Assembly: GCF_964213995.1 (NCBI RefSeq) | Contig: NC_135804.1 | Location: 57,908,001 to 57,972,000 of the forward strand | DNA: 64,000 bases | DNA from: Mustelus asterias | Taxonomy: Eukaryota | Direction: 5' to 3' | Part shown: piece by piece, positions 35,926-47,867 of the stretch | Layout of the letters: every line of letters begins with the position of its first letter | Position numbering within the stretch: position 1 is the stretch's first letter | Notes under the pieces: model-generated | Seen by the model: only the letters and a program-made list of their open reading frames with translations | Database searches by the model: none | Told to the model about the DNA's origin: nothing | Translations under genes and position numbers: made by a program

Positions 35926-36090
35926 CTCTAATTTCCTCTCTTCCAGAGATTTGACGCAGTTCTGTGACAGATCTTGTAACTGTTCAAATTTTTCAACTGG
36001 AAATTCCCATTCAGAAAACTGCATTTTGCAGACACATCGATTCCCATTCTCGAGTACTCCGTGAACTCCCTGGAATCGATATTCTGCTTC
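35926..36090 (-). CDS. Olfactomedin-like gene A, exon 2 (EAEYRFQGVHGVLENGNRCVCKMQFSEWEFPVEKFEQLQDLSQNCVKSLEERKLE)
   Basis: ttgcag acceptor, gtgagc donor, 165 bp, phase 0/0. CxC...FP motif typical of OLFM4/olfactomedin N-termini. An alternative in-frame acceptor ~21 nt downstream is possible. Confidence 0.88.
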
Positions 36091-37084
36091 CTGCAAATCA
36101 CATAGCTGTCAGTTCCTAATAAGGTGCTTGGATTCCCTTTCACAGCATTACAGTGAACTCCTAAACAAATATTATATGACCTAAGCACAGTATCCATTAC
36201 ATGCAAGTAGTGATGAAAATTGTAAGGGCAAATGACCTTAACCAATGAGCAAGTGGCTCCCTGGCCCAAACAGTCCAATAGATAATAACAGTCTGACTCA
36301 ACTGTCACATTGGGCTAAATTTTAACTTTTTGACATGCAGGGACCAGTGGAGTTCTGGCAATTTATAAAAATTCCAGAAGCCAGTGCAGTTTGTTGGTCA
36401 GTGTATTTTTAACCGAGACACTGCGTTACTATCTCATTACCCAGTTACCTGACCAATTGGCATTAAGTGGTATAATAAGGACTGACATGAAATGATTTCA
36501 ACTCCAGTAATTAAAGTCCAACCATTCAGTTTGATGAATTTTGGATTGGGAGCACAGCAGAGTCCCATTCAACCAAAGGCTGCACCGGTTCCCAAGAAAC
36601 CTGTCCTTTTTGGAATCTGTGGACCATATTTATATAGGGTGATTTGGGCTGGACTTCCTTTTGAGTTATTTAAAATACATTTTGCTACAGTTTTGTTTGC
36701 ACTTCAGCCCCACACTCCTGATCTATGAGCACCCAGGATGGGGGAGGAGGAGGACCTCCTCGTGAACCTGCTCCTAGACCTGGCTAAACTTGCCATAAAC
36801 AGGTCCAGGCAGCGGGCAGACTGTCTACCCCGTTAGCACAGCTACATTTGTGGCCGGATCCCTGGAGAGGGAACATGTGGTGTCTGTGGACACTGCAGGG
36901 ACTGGGATGCCTTATTGACACTTTTTGTTGGTTTGATGTTTTATGTTTCATTTGTGCTTTGTTTTTTTTTGGGTGGTTCCACTTTTATCTTGCCCCTCAG
37001 TTCATTTAATTTAGTTTAATTGATTTAAATTCAAAAGAGTTGGGAGCACAACAGAAAAAATCGGTAGAATATGGTTCCAGACAT

Positions 37085-37760
37085 TCAAAGGGTGCACCTC
37101 ACTTTATGAACACCTCCCTAGATGTGATGCTGGGGCTGATGGGATCCACAAGGAGATGCTCTTCACTACTGATAGGTGGCAGAACCCTGCAGATAAATCT
37201 GTGACTAGAGGTTGCCTCTGATGGCAGAAACGTGGTGGCACATTCGAGGATGCAATGCCAAAAGTGATTTAATGACCCAAGCTGGACAGGGAAGGTGAGG
37301 ACAGTGGAACACTCACCCACATCCTGATGTGTGCATCATCCAAACCCCTCATTCTACTTTCTCAAGTCTACTCCAGCACATAACTCCTCACATTAACTTA
37401 CCTTTCAGGTACATCATCCCTCACTGTCCATGCACTTACACACATCTCCATCTGTCCATTCACCACTGACACTCATCCTCGTGCATTGTCATGCCTCTCC
37501 TTCAGTCACTATCAACAAATGATCTCCATCCATCTGTTCCAACACATGCCTTTCTTTTCACTCACTCATAGGTCTCTTCTTTCCCTTCTTGCTGAAGAGA
37601 ACACAGAACACAAGGGAGAGGCTGAGAACTGGAAGTGACCCTCCAGCCATTGAACAGCTGACAGCTGCAGAGGAGGCGGTGCTGGAATTCAACAGAGTCT
37701 TGGCGTGTTTGATCACTGGAGATGAGGAGCTGGGTGGGGGCCTCCCGGGATACCTGGTGA
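37085..37760 (+). pseudogene. Decayed Harbinger Myb/SANT-like DNA-binding gene
   Basis: Remnants APHF...LDVML...LEVA...RMQCQK*FND, a probable intron, then KRTQNTRERLRTGSDPPAIEQLTAAEEAVLE. These match the Harbinger ORF1 motifs QCRKRFNDL and RERARTGGGP. Confidence 0.75.
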
Positions 37761-37959
37761 CAGAATTAAATCTCAGACAGCCACATGGCATATAACATTC
37801 ACTCCTGCGCATTCAAACAAAAGAGCTGTGCGACGCTGTGCAGAGCGAAGCACACCACAACCATTCTGAAGACACTGCCTGGTCTTTACTGAAAGGTGCC
37901 TTCAGATCTGTCCAGACACCTGAAGGACATGTGGATGCTTTCTCAATAACACATTTGGT

Positions 37960-38766
37960 GCTCATATGGCCTTCATATCATTGTTCTTGGACCTCTTTGG
38001 TTGGGTTCCTCTAATGTGTTACCAGCCACATTTTAAGTGGGTATCCCTTGTTTCTGAGCAGAGAACAGATCAGGGAGTGTGGATAGCTGCAGGATGAAAA
38101 TATCATGACAAATATCAGGGAATCTTGTGCACAACTGCATAAAGATTTTTTTTTTGTGGTCACACACTAGCTGTACGTTAACAGAGTGAAAATTCTTTCA
38201 GTTGCTGGGCAATCTGGGGATACGTTAATAATCACATGCATGCAGTCGATGAGTCCATGCCAGAACCTCAAACCCAAGCATCTGCTCAGACTGACTGGTC
38301 TCACCTCAGGTTAAAAAGAAAAATGGTCGCTGGCCCTTCCAAACAAGCCAGCAGCCACTTGTCTTAGCCAGTGGAATGTGAGGTCCAGCAATGTCTCCAG
38401 CAGGTTGCTGGAACAATTCAGTGGTGACTTTGACAGCCACTGGTAAAGTGTGACCACCAGGTCCAGCTGACAGCAAATCTGGTTCAGAAGGCTACAAATA
38501 TCTGTCACCGTATGATGTGACATCCTGAGCCTCCTGAGACACTGATGCTCCAACAGGTTAAGGAAGCTTATCCTCTGTCTATAGACCCTGGGTAAACTGT
38601 GTGCTGGGCCTCTTTGCTGATTGATCTCCATTCTCCTGTGGATTTGCAGGTCTCTGAGCAGCAGGCTGGTGCTGTTCCTGCTCCTGGTGGTGCTGCTACT
38701 ATGGCTGCTGGTGCTGGTCATCTTAGCTCTCATTGAGGTCCAAAGCAACACAGCATAAGTGGACAC
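37960..38766 (-). pseudogene. Decayed Harbinger (HARBI1-like) DDE transposase
   Basis: PRVYRQRISFLNL..QCLRRLR, LPVAVKVT, GLIDCMHV, KNFHSVNVQLVCDH, ARFP..CHD.FIL and KGYPL..WL, with frameshifts and stops. Confidence 0.85.
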
Positions 38767-39359
38767 CCAGGGTGACCTGAAAAATCAGAACTTCAAAGTG
38801 CAGATTGGATACACAAGCCTTCAAAGTGTAGCACGAAAGCAGCTCTGAAGTGTCAGTGCTTCCTGGTTTATTTCCCTGTCATATTTTCAGGGACCGGAAT
38901 TACCCGTGATCTAGCTTTGCGTTCAGTGGCGAGTTCCAGGAAGCCCAGGAAGTCTGTGGATGCAAACTTAAACTGAAAACACCATGTTAATGTGGTTGTA
39001 ATTGAGCAATTGACACATTGAAAGTGGCAACTTGCCTGTCCTGAGAGAGATGCTACACCACAGCCTAATGTGCTGGCGTCAGATGTGGAAGTTGGCAGAT
39101 TGTATTCAGCTTCCCAAAGTGCTCAAATTCTCTCTTGACTTAACCCCCAGATCCATCCACACATGCTCATCCATGCTGGAATTCCCCCCAGTGTTTCACC
39201 CAAGTATCTAACTGAAAGAACAGTTTCAGTGTGCACAAACTAATAACCTTACAACTAGTTGATCTGCTTAAGGAAGTGAGTCTAATACTCACTCCGCACC
39301 CCCCCCCCCCCACCCCATTTCAGATCAGTGAACCTCAGCTGATTAAACCTTGTGCAGTA

Positions 39360-40240
39360 GGAGCCTAGGAACAGGATGAGGCTATTCAACACAAGCCCAC
39401 TTAACCATTTACTTAGATTATGGGTGATCTATGCCTTAAATCAATTTACTCATGTTTGTTTCATATCTCTTTATGCCTCTGGGTAACAAAAATCTGTTAA
39501 CTTCAATCTTAAAAATCCAAATTGACCCCCTTTTGTGGGAGAGGATTACATATTTCTGATAACTTGTGTAAAAACTTCTTCCTCATTTCATTCCTAATTG
39601 GCGATTGGCCTACCTACCTGTCGTTTCAAGTTTATTATTTCTTCTGAATTCCCCATCGAGAGATAATAGTTTCTCTTTATCTACACTATCTAACCCCCTG
39701 ATCATCTGAAATATCTTGGTTAGGTCACTTTCTAAGCTCAAGCGAATACAAGTCAAGTGTATTGAACCTGACCTAATTTAGATCTTGTTATGATACCGGT
39801 GAATCTCCATTGTGCTTTGTTCAGGGCCAATATGTCCTACCTGGGGTGGGATGGGTGCAGTACTGCAGATCTCTCACCAAAAGCTTTATACAACTGAAGC
39901 ATCGCTTTTTCCCCTTTGTATCCCAGTTCCTTCCAGATAAACATTCCATTAATCTTTCTTATATTTTAAACCTCCCTCATAGCTTTTGGTGCTTTGTGTA
40001 CATGAACACCCAAACCCCTTTGTACTTCATAGCTTTAAGTCTATGTCCTTTAAGGAAACATTTCTGATTTATCTTCGCCGTCACACTTTTGCTCACAGTC
40101 CATGTCCCCTAGTAACTTGCTGTTTCCATCTACACCATTTACTGCGTTGCTTGCAAACTTTGCAGACGGCTCTATTTATATTCCAAGTCAGTGATAGATA
40201 TGGTGAAAAGCTGACCCCTTGATGATCAAAAGCCATTTGT
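39360..40240 (-). mobile_element. Very old CR1-like fragment
   Basis: Degenerate antisense similarity to the CR1 RT and 3' end. Confidence 0.5.
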
Positions 40241-41128
40241 CTCCACTCTTTAGGTCAAGGCTATATAGTTCTCGAAAGATGTGTTAATGAGTTAGAAGTA
40301 AGCTAATCCCTCAATTCACTGTGCAGGGAAAGACAGTCAGTGTAAAGGAAGCAGTGTATGGTGTGGGAAATCTCCCCCAGTGTTTATGAAAGGCAAACCC
40401 ATAACCAGAGAAAATTTCCCTCCGCAACCTTAATTATTTTTTTCCTTCAGATCCTCATTCTCCTCAAACAGCGGCGGAATTTCGACTTCAGTGAAAGCCT
40501 GCTCCTTCAGCACACAGAGGTGAGACTGACTTGCACAGATTGAAACATTGCTGTGGATAAACCAGCCCCGGAGGGAGCGGGCCAGCCTGGGCAGGATCAA
40601 TGCAACCCCGGGAGTCCGGATAACGCCCACCCTGACAACCCACTTGTGAGATTTTCCAGCACTTATTACTTTTATTTCAGATCTACAGCATCCGCTGAGT
40701 TCTGCTTTTCACACCCACCGTCTCTGACCCAACCTGTTCGGTTTCCATCTGGTGAACTCAGGGGACTGGGATCTTCTCCTGATTTAGGAAATATTCTTTT
40801 TATAACACTCAACGAGATGGTCACGCCTGGCGAAATAGTGCTAAGCAGATCCGCCCGAGCCCACGAAACCAACTATGACTATTTCACAGCAATTGTACAA
40901 ACCAGGGGGTGCAGGGAGAGGAGAGAAGGGAGAATGGGTGAGAGAAGGGGGTCAGAGGAGTGAAGGGAAGAGATAGAGGATGAGAGGAGATGACTGAGGG
41001 GAAGAGGACAGAGAGAGTGGAGGATTAAAGAGGAATAACACGCCTCTACGGCCTGAGACATTCGTGCAGTTAATTGTTAGTTATTTGTAACGAGCGAGAT
41101 GACCAGGTCACGACTCCGTGATACTCAC

Positions 41129-41182
41129 AGCAGACAGCAGGGATACAAGGAACACGGCAAAAGTCAGAGAAATCGCAGCCAT
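41129..41182 (-). CDS. Olfactomedin-like gene A, exon 1: signal peptide MAAISLTFAVFLVSLLSA
   Basis: ATG at 41182, 18 hydrophobic codons, gtgagt donor in phase 0 compatible with exon 2. TATA-like element ~35 bp upstream. Confidence 0.85.
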
Positions 41183-41217
41183 CCCGAGAACTGCACTCCA
41201 ACCCGCGGGGAGACAGT

Positions 41218-41226
41218 TATTTAATA
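41218..41226 (-). promoter_or_regulatory. TATA-like box (TATTAAATA) of olfactomedin gene A
   Basis: Lies ~35-45 nt upstream of the signal-peptide ATG. Confidence 0.55.
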
Positions 41227-41439
41227 GGGGACTGAGGGGAGGGGAAAAGGGGGAGGCGAGATGAAGAGAGCGGGAGACAAAGGGGTGGAGAAATGAGATG
41301 GGGAGGGGCCTTAATGGTAAAGGAACCTAGAGAGTGGAGAGAGACAACGTAGAGAGGGATATAGAGGAGGGGAGCAAACAGGAGAAACCAAACAATGGTT
41401 TTTAGGAGAGGAGATAGGACTGATAGAGCAAGTACACTA

Positions 41440-42585
41440 GAGGAATTTACAATTGGGAAGGAGGAGGTGTTAGAAAGGCTATCTTTACTTAAAATTGATA
41501 AGATATCAGGACTGGATGAGATGCATCCAAGGATACTAAGGGAAGTGAGAGTGGAAATTGCAGAGGTTCTGGTGGTAATCTTCCAGTCGTCCTTAGACAT
41601 AGGGGTGGTGCCAGAGGACTGGAGAATTGTGAATGCTGCACCCTTCTTCAAAAAGGGATGGAATGATAATGCTGGCAATTACAGAAGTCAGTTTGACTTC
41701 AGTGATGCAGAAAACCTCTGGAAAATATAGTTTGGGACAAATCAATAGTCATTTGGATAAGTGCAAGATAATTAAGGAAAGTCAGCATGATTCATTAAGG
41801 GAATATCATGTTTAACTAACTTGCTGGTGTTTTTTTTGAGGTGGTAACAGAGAAGGTTGATAAGGGCAATGCTGTTGATGTGTTTATAATTTTTCAAAAG
41901 ACATTTGATGCAGTGCCACACAACGAACTTGTGAGCAAAATTGGAGAATAAAGCGGAAATTGGCACTTGACCGAGTGAGATGAAACAGAGAGTAGTGGGA
42001 AATAGTTGTTTTTTAGATTGGAGGAAGGTTTGTGGTGGAGGTCCCCAGGGATCAGTGTTGGGACCATTGCTCTTCCTGATATATATTAATGACCTAGGTT
42101 GAGGTGTGCACAGCATGGTTTCAAAATTTGCGATGATACGAAAATGGGAAGCATTGTCAACTGTGATTATAGTCTTAAACTTCAAAAAAACCGAGACATA
42201 TTGATGGATTGGGCAAACAAACGGGAGATGAAGTTCAGTACAGAGAAGTGTGAGGCAATTCATTTTGGCAGGAAGAATGTAGAGAGACAGTATAAAATAA
42301 AGGGCAAACTTCTATGGGCACAGTGATAAAGGGACTTTGGTATATATGTACAGAGGTCATTGAAGGTGGCAGGGCATATTGAGGGAGCAGTCAATGAAGC
42401 ATATAGGATCTTAGGCTTTATTAATAGGTGCATTGAATACAAGGGAAAGGAGGTCATGTTAAACATGTACAAGGCACAAGTTAGGCCTCATTTGGAGTAT
42501 TACGTCCAGTTCTGGGTATCGTACTTGATGAAAGATGCGAAGGCATTGAAGAGAGTACAAAGACGATTCACAAGAATAATTTCCA
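41440..42585 (+). mobile_element. Degraded CR1 LINE fragment just upstream of the gene A promoter
   Basis: LKIDKISGLDEMHPRILRE...VPEDWRIVN and YKAQVRPHLEYYVQFW. Confidence 0.88.
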
Positions 42586-43839
42586 GTGATAAACAACAGC
42601 AAGCTTCCACAGATTTTGATATAATTGTCCTTTCCATTTCAATGTCTCCTCCAAGGAGGGTACACTCCCCTGGAACAGATTCTGTATCAAAGCCCATTGG
42701 ATCACCTGTAACTTATTCCATAGTTCCCTTCTTGGCCCTTTTCTGCTCTTTTTCTATGCTGTCATTCAGCAACGTTATCCATAAGCACGAGCTGCACTTT
42801 CATCTGTATGGGACTCGGCCTTTCCTCTCCACCACTGTCCTCAACTGTAAAAAGTGCTGCGGTGATTTTCAACAAGCCATGGCTGAGATAGAAATTTTTC
42901 ATGCTTAACATGAAAAAGAGACAAGCTATCCTATTCAGCTTCTGTCAGAAACCTTACACCTTAGCTATTGATTCCACCCCCTTGTTTAGGCTGAACCTAT
43001 TAATGGCCAACCCTTGTTTGATGCTGAGCTGAGCTGCACACCTACAACTGACTTTTTGGCAAACCCAATCATTTCCATTTCCATGATCAGCCTCACTGAT
43101 ATTGAGATTATGAAATATGCCCTCTACCATTCATCCTTGACTTAGAACCATAGAATCCCTATGGCAGAAAGAGGCTGTTGGGCCCATAGAGTCTGCATGG
43201 ACTAGCATTCCATCCAGGCCCTCCCCTCCACTCTATCCCCGTAGCCTCATGAATTTCCCATGGCTAATCCACCTAACCTGCACATCTTTGGACATTAAGG
43301 GGCAATTTTAGAACGGCCATTCCACCCAACCTGCACATCCATGGGAGGAAACTGGAGCACCTGGAAGAAACCCACTTAGCAACCTTCTCTCCTCTGACTT
43401 ATACAAATCAGGCATGGATGCTGAATCCATTATGTTTGGCCAGAACCCAAATCTTACTCTGTGTAAAGTTTTGTCCCACTACCATGCATGTCCCCAGTGA
43501 TAATCACCTCTCTTTACCCCATGGTTCCACAGCTCATTGCTTTCCCTTCATTCCTGCCTAGTCACTTCCAATCCTGAGTCCCAGCTCTCATTCTTCTGAT
43601 TTTGGCCCATTGTGCATTCATCTCCACTCCACCATGAGTGCCAGAGCACCATCATCATGCCTCTACATTTTGAATCTCTTTCTAAATCCTTATGTGTCAT
43701 CACCTTCAAGTGTCTTCTCATAATCTATCTCATCTAATTCAATCTCCATCATTAATTCCCCTAACTTTGCCCAACTGGTGAGCACTTTGAGATACTTCAT
43801 TACATAAAATCTGTTTTGTAAGTATTGTGGCATAAAGAA

Positions 43840-44170
43840 TGTGAACTATCAAGAAGATGCAAGATATGAATAGGTACAGGGTAATGAGAAAACAATGAAG
43901 ACAACTGAAGAAGGGGACATAAGAGAAAAGGGAAGAATTAAATTGCTGAGAAGGGTTGCATGGAAAATTGAAATTATGGATGAGGGATAGAGGAAGAGAG
44001 ATGTAAAAGAGAAGAAATGGAGAAGAAAATAGAGAGTAGCATTAGAGAAAAGAGTTCCAGAGGAGGAAACATAGAAATGAATGGAAGACATATAATGGTC
44101 AGAAGAAGTCAGAAGGAAAAGGGTATGGAAGAAAAATATACATAGAAGGATGATGAGAGAGTAGAGCTCT
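43840..44170. repeat. Purine-rich (GA) low-complexity tract
   Basis: Strong A/G bias on the + strand. Confidence 0.6.
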
Positions 44171-47100
44171 TCAATTTTTAGACATTTCGCAGATGCACAA
44201 CAACATCCACAAGCATAGTTGTTAATGCAACTTCAACCTGATTCACTGGAGCAGATTAAGCAAGAATTGGGAGAGTAGATCAAGAAGTTAACTGATTAAA
44301 AGGCAGATTTAGATGTGGGTCATTGAAAGTAGACAAAAGTGAAATAAGGCAGAGGTTTGAGCAGAGAATTGCAGAGGGCAGCCCATGATTGTTGAATGCT
44401 CTGTCATTGATGGTGGAATGGAAAGGGGGAGGAACACACAGTAAACCAGAGTCAGAAGAGCATAAGGTGTGAGCTGGTACATGGAGCTGGCTGAGGTTCC
44501 CAAGAGACTGAAGCAAGGCCATGGAAGGAAGTGAAGTCACGGATAAAGGAAGGAAGCCATTGGAGGTTGTGGATGATTGCAATTGTAGGTTGGGGAGACT
44601 AATAGGAAATAGCTGGACCTAGCACACAAGAGGTGGTGGAGTTCCAAATGAACTGAAGTTTATGAAGCTCCTGAAGATGGCAAAGCCAGTGTTAAACTTA
44701 AGTTGCAGCAGCTTCCTCTTCTTGTTGTCATGGCCCTAATTTTTAGAGTTAAATAAGGACACTGCTGACTTCAGATAGGCACCCTTGATGATTGCTCAAA
44801 AGAACAGATTAAAATAGGGCATGTAGGGTTAAAATTCTCAGTGAATGATTCCAACATCAGTCTTTCTGGCGCCATATCTGTTTCCTCATTTATTTTTCCT
44901 TGTCATCATCTTTCCTGAATTACTGGAGTTCCTCTTTGTCCTGCTTATTACTCTTTTTATCAGAAGCTAAGTTACACAATATTTGGCAGAGTGTGGTTTA
45001 ACATTTTAGACACTTCTGCTGGAAAATCCTGTCTGACATTTCCAGAGAGTAGGACTTCTAATACTTTACAAAATTCTAGTTGTGTGCGGAAACTTTGTTG
45101 CAGATGTTGCGTTGGCTCACTGGTAGAACTCTTGCCTCTGCATCGGACAGTAGCATGATACCTGAAAGTCAGCCAGGCTCCTCCAGTTTCAAGCCCTCCA
45201 GAGGACACCTGCGAAGAACATCACAGACCAGGGGATGCAATCATCAATAGGTTGCCTCCACCTCCAATGTGCAACTTAGGGACACACGTAGAAGGAGTGG
45301 GAGAGAACAAAAGGAGAGAAAGTAGAGGACCACTAAGGATGAAGTTTCACACTTGTAGTTAAGGATAGGGACACCAATTGTACATTGTTACTAATAAACA
45401 CATATCACCCCTACACCTACGGTCTATCAATGTTAATTCTGTCCCTTAAGGGGAGGAGAATCAGGGAGGGGGTCTATGTTAACTGCTTGGGCATCTCCCC
45501 ACAGTGTCCCCGCACTCGTTCCTAATTGGGGTCTTTGACAGCGACAAAGTTGGACACCAGCTTTTGACAGCATCACCAGTCCATGACCTTCAACATCTCA
45601 CCCTTGAGCCACCCAACCCCTTATTCCTCACCGTTTGTGGAATCGAGTGAACCCATTGCTGCAACAATGATGAACCGGGAGGTAGGTGGGTTGTCATCAG
45701 AAAGGCTGGAATCAGACTTTAGATTCTGAGGAGCATAACTCTCCTTGTCTCTCCCCCTCCTTCACCAGGTCTTCGGCTGTGACTGAGAGGAATTTGTTTG
45801 TGCATAGGCCACAGTCAATCTTGAAAGGTCAAGATCCCAAGTATGTCAATGAGTAGGAGCAGTTCATGGAGGTGTGCCAACAGGTCTCGGTCATTGACTG
45901 AATCATGGGCAAGCCCTGTGTATAAGTGCATCCCTTGGAGAGTAATGCAAACGTGCAGATAAACAGGGCTCATGATAAAGTTTACAAAAGTTTATTTATT
46001 TATTAGTCACAAGTAGGTTTACATTAACACTGTAATGAAGTTACTGTGAAAATCCCCTAGTCACCACATTCCAGCACCTGTTCGGGTACACTGAAGGAGA
46101 ATTTAGCATGGCCAATGCACCTAACCTGCATATCTTTGGACTGTGGGAGGAAACCCTCACAGACACGGGGAGAATGTGCAAACTCCACACAGACCCAAGC
46201 TGGGAATCGAACCTGGGTCCCTGGCACTGTGAGGCAACAGTGCTAACCACTGGTGGGGAAGGAGACATCACAGGTGAGTCATGCAACTGATAGTGAGCTA
46301 CATAATGAGAGGTCAGTTGTCTAAGGGTGGCATTTTAGTGATTTCTCTGAACTCTTCCCCACAGCTTGAGGACATTCAGCCAGACCACCCCCGTGTCCCA
46401 GAGCTCACTCCCTCGCCACCAGCATGGACATTCCTACCCACAGGTGTTTTCCAAAACAAATCCTTACCTCCTTGCTCCCCCTCGGTCTGCCAGGTCCCCA
46501 CATTTCAGGATCTGTACCAATTCCCAACTGCGTGACTTCCAGCTAGAGAGGCAGGAGCATCTCGGGCGGCAGTTGAATTGGCCTCCAAGCCTGCTAATGA
46601 GATGCCAAGGAGGCCATTTGAATATTTATTGGGATCCTGCCCACTCTGGCCGAGAACCCAATTGGGGCCGACAGCACAGTCTGGGAGGTTTGGAAAAGGT
46701 TTGGTGACCAGCATGGAACCCGTTTCTCAGCTGATGCTCAATTCTCTATGCCAAGGTGATACCCACTGGGAGCTAACAGGCCTGGGGAATCCCCCCCTCC
46801 CTTTCTTGTTCAGATGGATGTAAAATATCTACATCGCATGGGTTACAGTGGCTCAAGAAGGCAGATCACCACTAACTTCTCAAAGGCAATAATGAATGGG
46901 CAATAAATCCTGGGCTTGCTAATGATGCCCACATCCCATTATTTCAAAGGAGAGCAGGGGAGCTCTCAATGTCCTGGTCAACATTTGTGTTCCTCCATTC
47001 TTTCTCAATGCTATCAGCAGCTGTACCTACATAGGATAGTCCTGGTTTTCCACCAGATATCCATTCATTGTATATATGCCTTCAAATAATGACTGACTTG

Positions 47101-47442
47101 CGAATACCAGGACCTCCAATTTCCCCTCCATGCTACACACCTTCCTCACTTGGAAATACACTGCCATTCCTTCACTGATGCTGGACATCAAGTGAACTCC
47201 CCTGTTCAAAATCCTGGAATTTACTCCCCAACAGCCTGGCCAGTGCACCTCCATTATGATCCTCGGATAGACACCCAAGTTTTCATTTAACCAAAGCATC
47301 ATGTTTACTTCCTGGATAATGGCATTTCCTTTATTAGGATCTTTCTGTAGTTACACACTACCGGAAGATTAATTGAATGGACATTGTGTTCATTTGGGCC
47401 ATTGGGTGGATTTTTAAAAAATTGTTCATGGAATGTACAGTA

Positions 47443-47527
47443 TGAAGTCTCACAACACCAGGTTGAAGTTCAACAGGTTTATTTGGAATCACAAGCTTTT
47501 GGAATGCTGCTCCTTCATCAGGTGAGT
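47443..47527 (-). mobile_element. Penelope pseudo-LTR fragment with a mutated hammerhead
   Basis: gaagtctcacaacaccaggtt... as in the other copies. Minus strand reads CTGATGAAGGAGCAGCATTCC-AAAA-GCTTgtg (GAAA box mutated). Confidence 0.7.
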
Positions 47528-47867
47528 CCTGACTTTGCCAGGGCCTATGGGGGTGAGCCTGGTGGGGTGGGGCTTACAGGGGCATGGCCTGAAAGAGTGG
47601 GGGCTACAGGGATTGTGCCTTGGGGGTGGGTCCGAGCAGCGCGGGGCCAGGCCACGGCAACCGGATTGAGGAGAGTGGGGGGCGGGGGGGGGGGGGGGCG
47701 CTGCACACTCTGCAGCTGCAATCAGTGGGGGAGGGACAGGGGGCCCTGCTGCCACTCTGCAGGCAATCTGTGGGGGCAGGTGTGATCAGTCTAGGCAGTG
47801 GGCAGTGTGGGGCTCGCGATTGGCTGTGGGCTCCCGCAATAGCTGCAACACCAGAGACCTGACAGAT

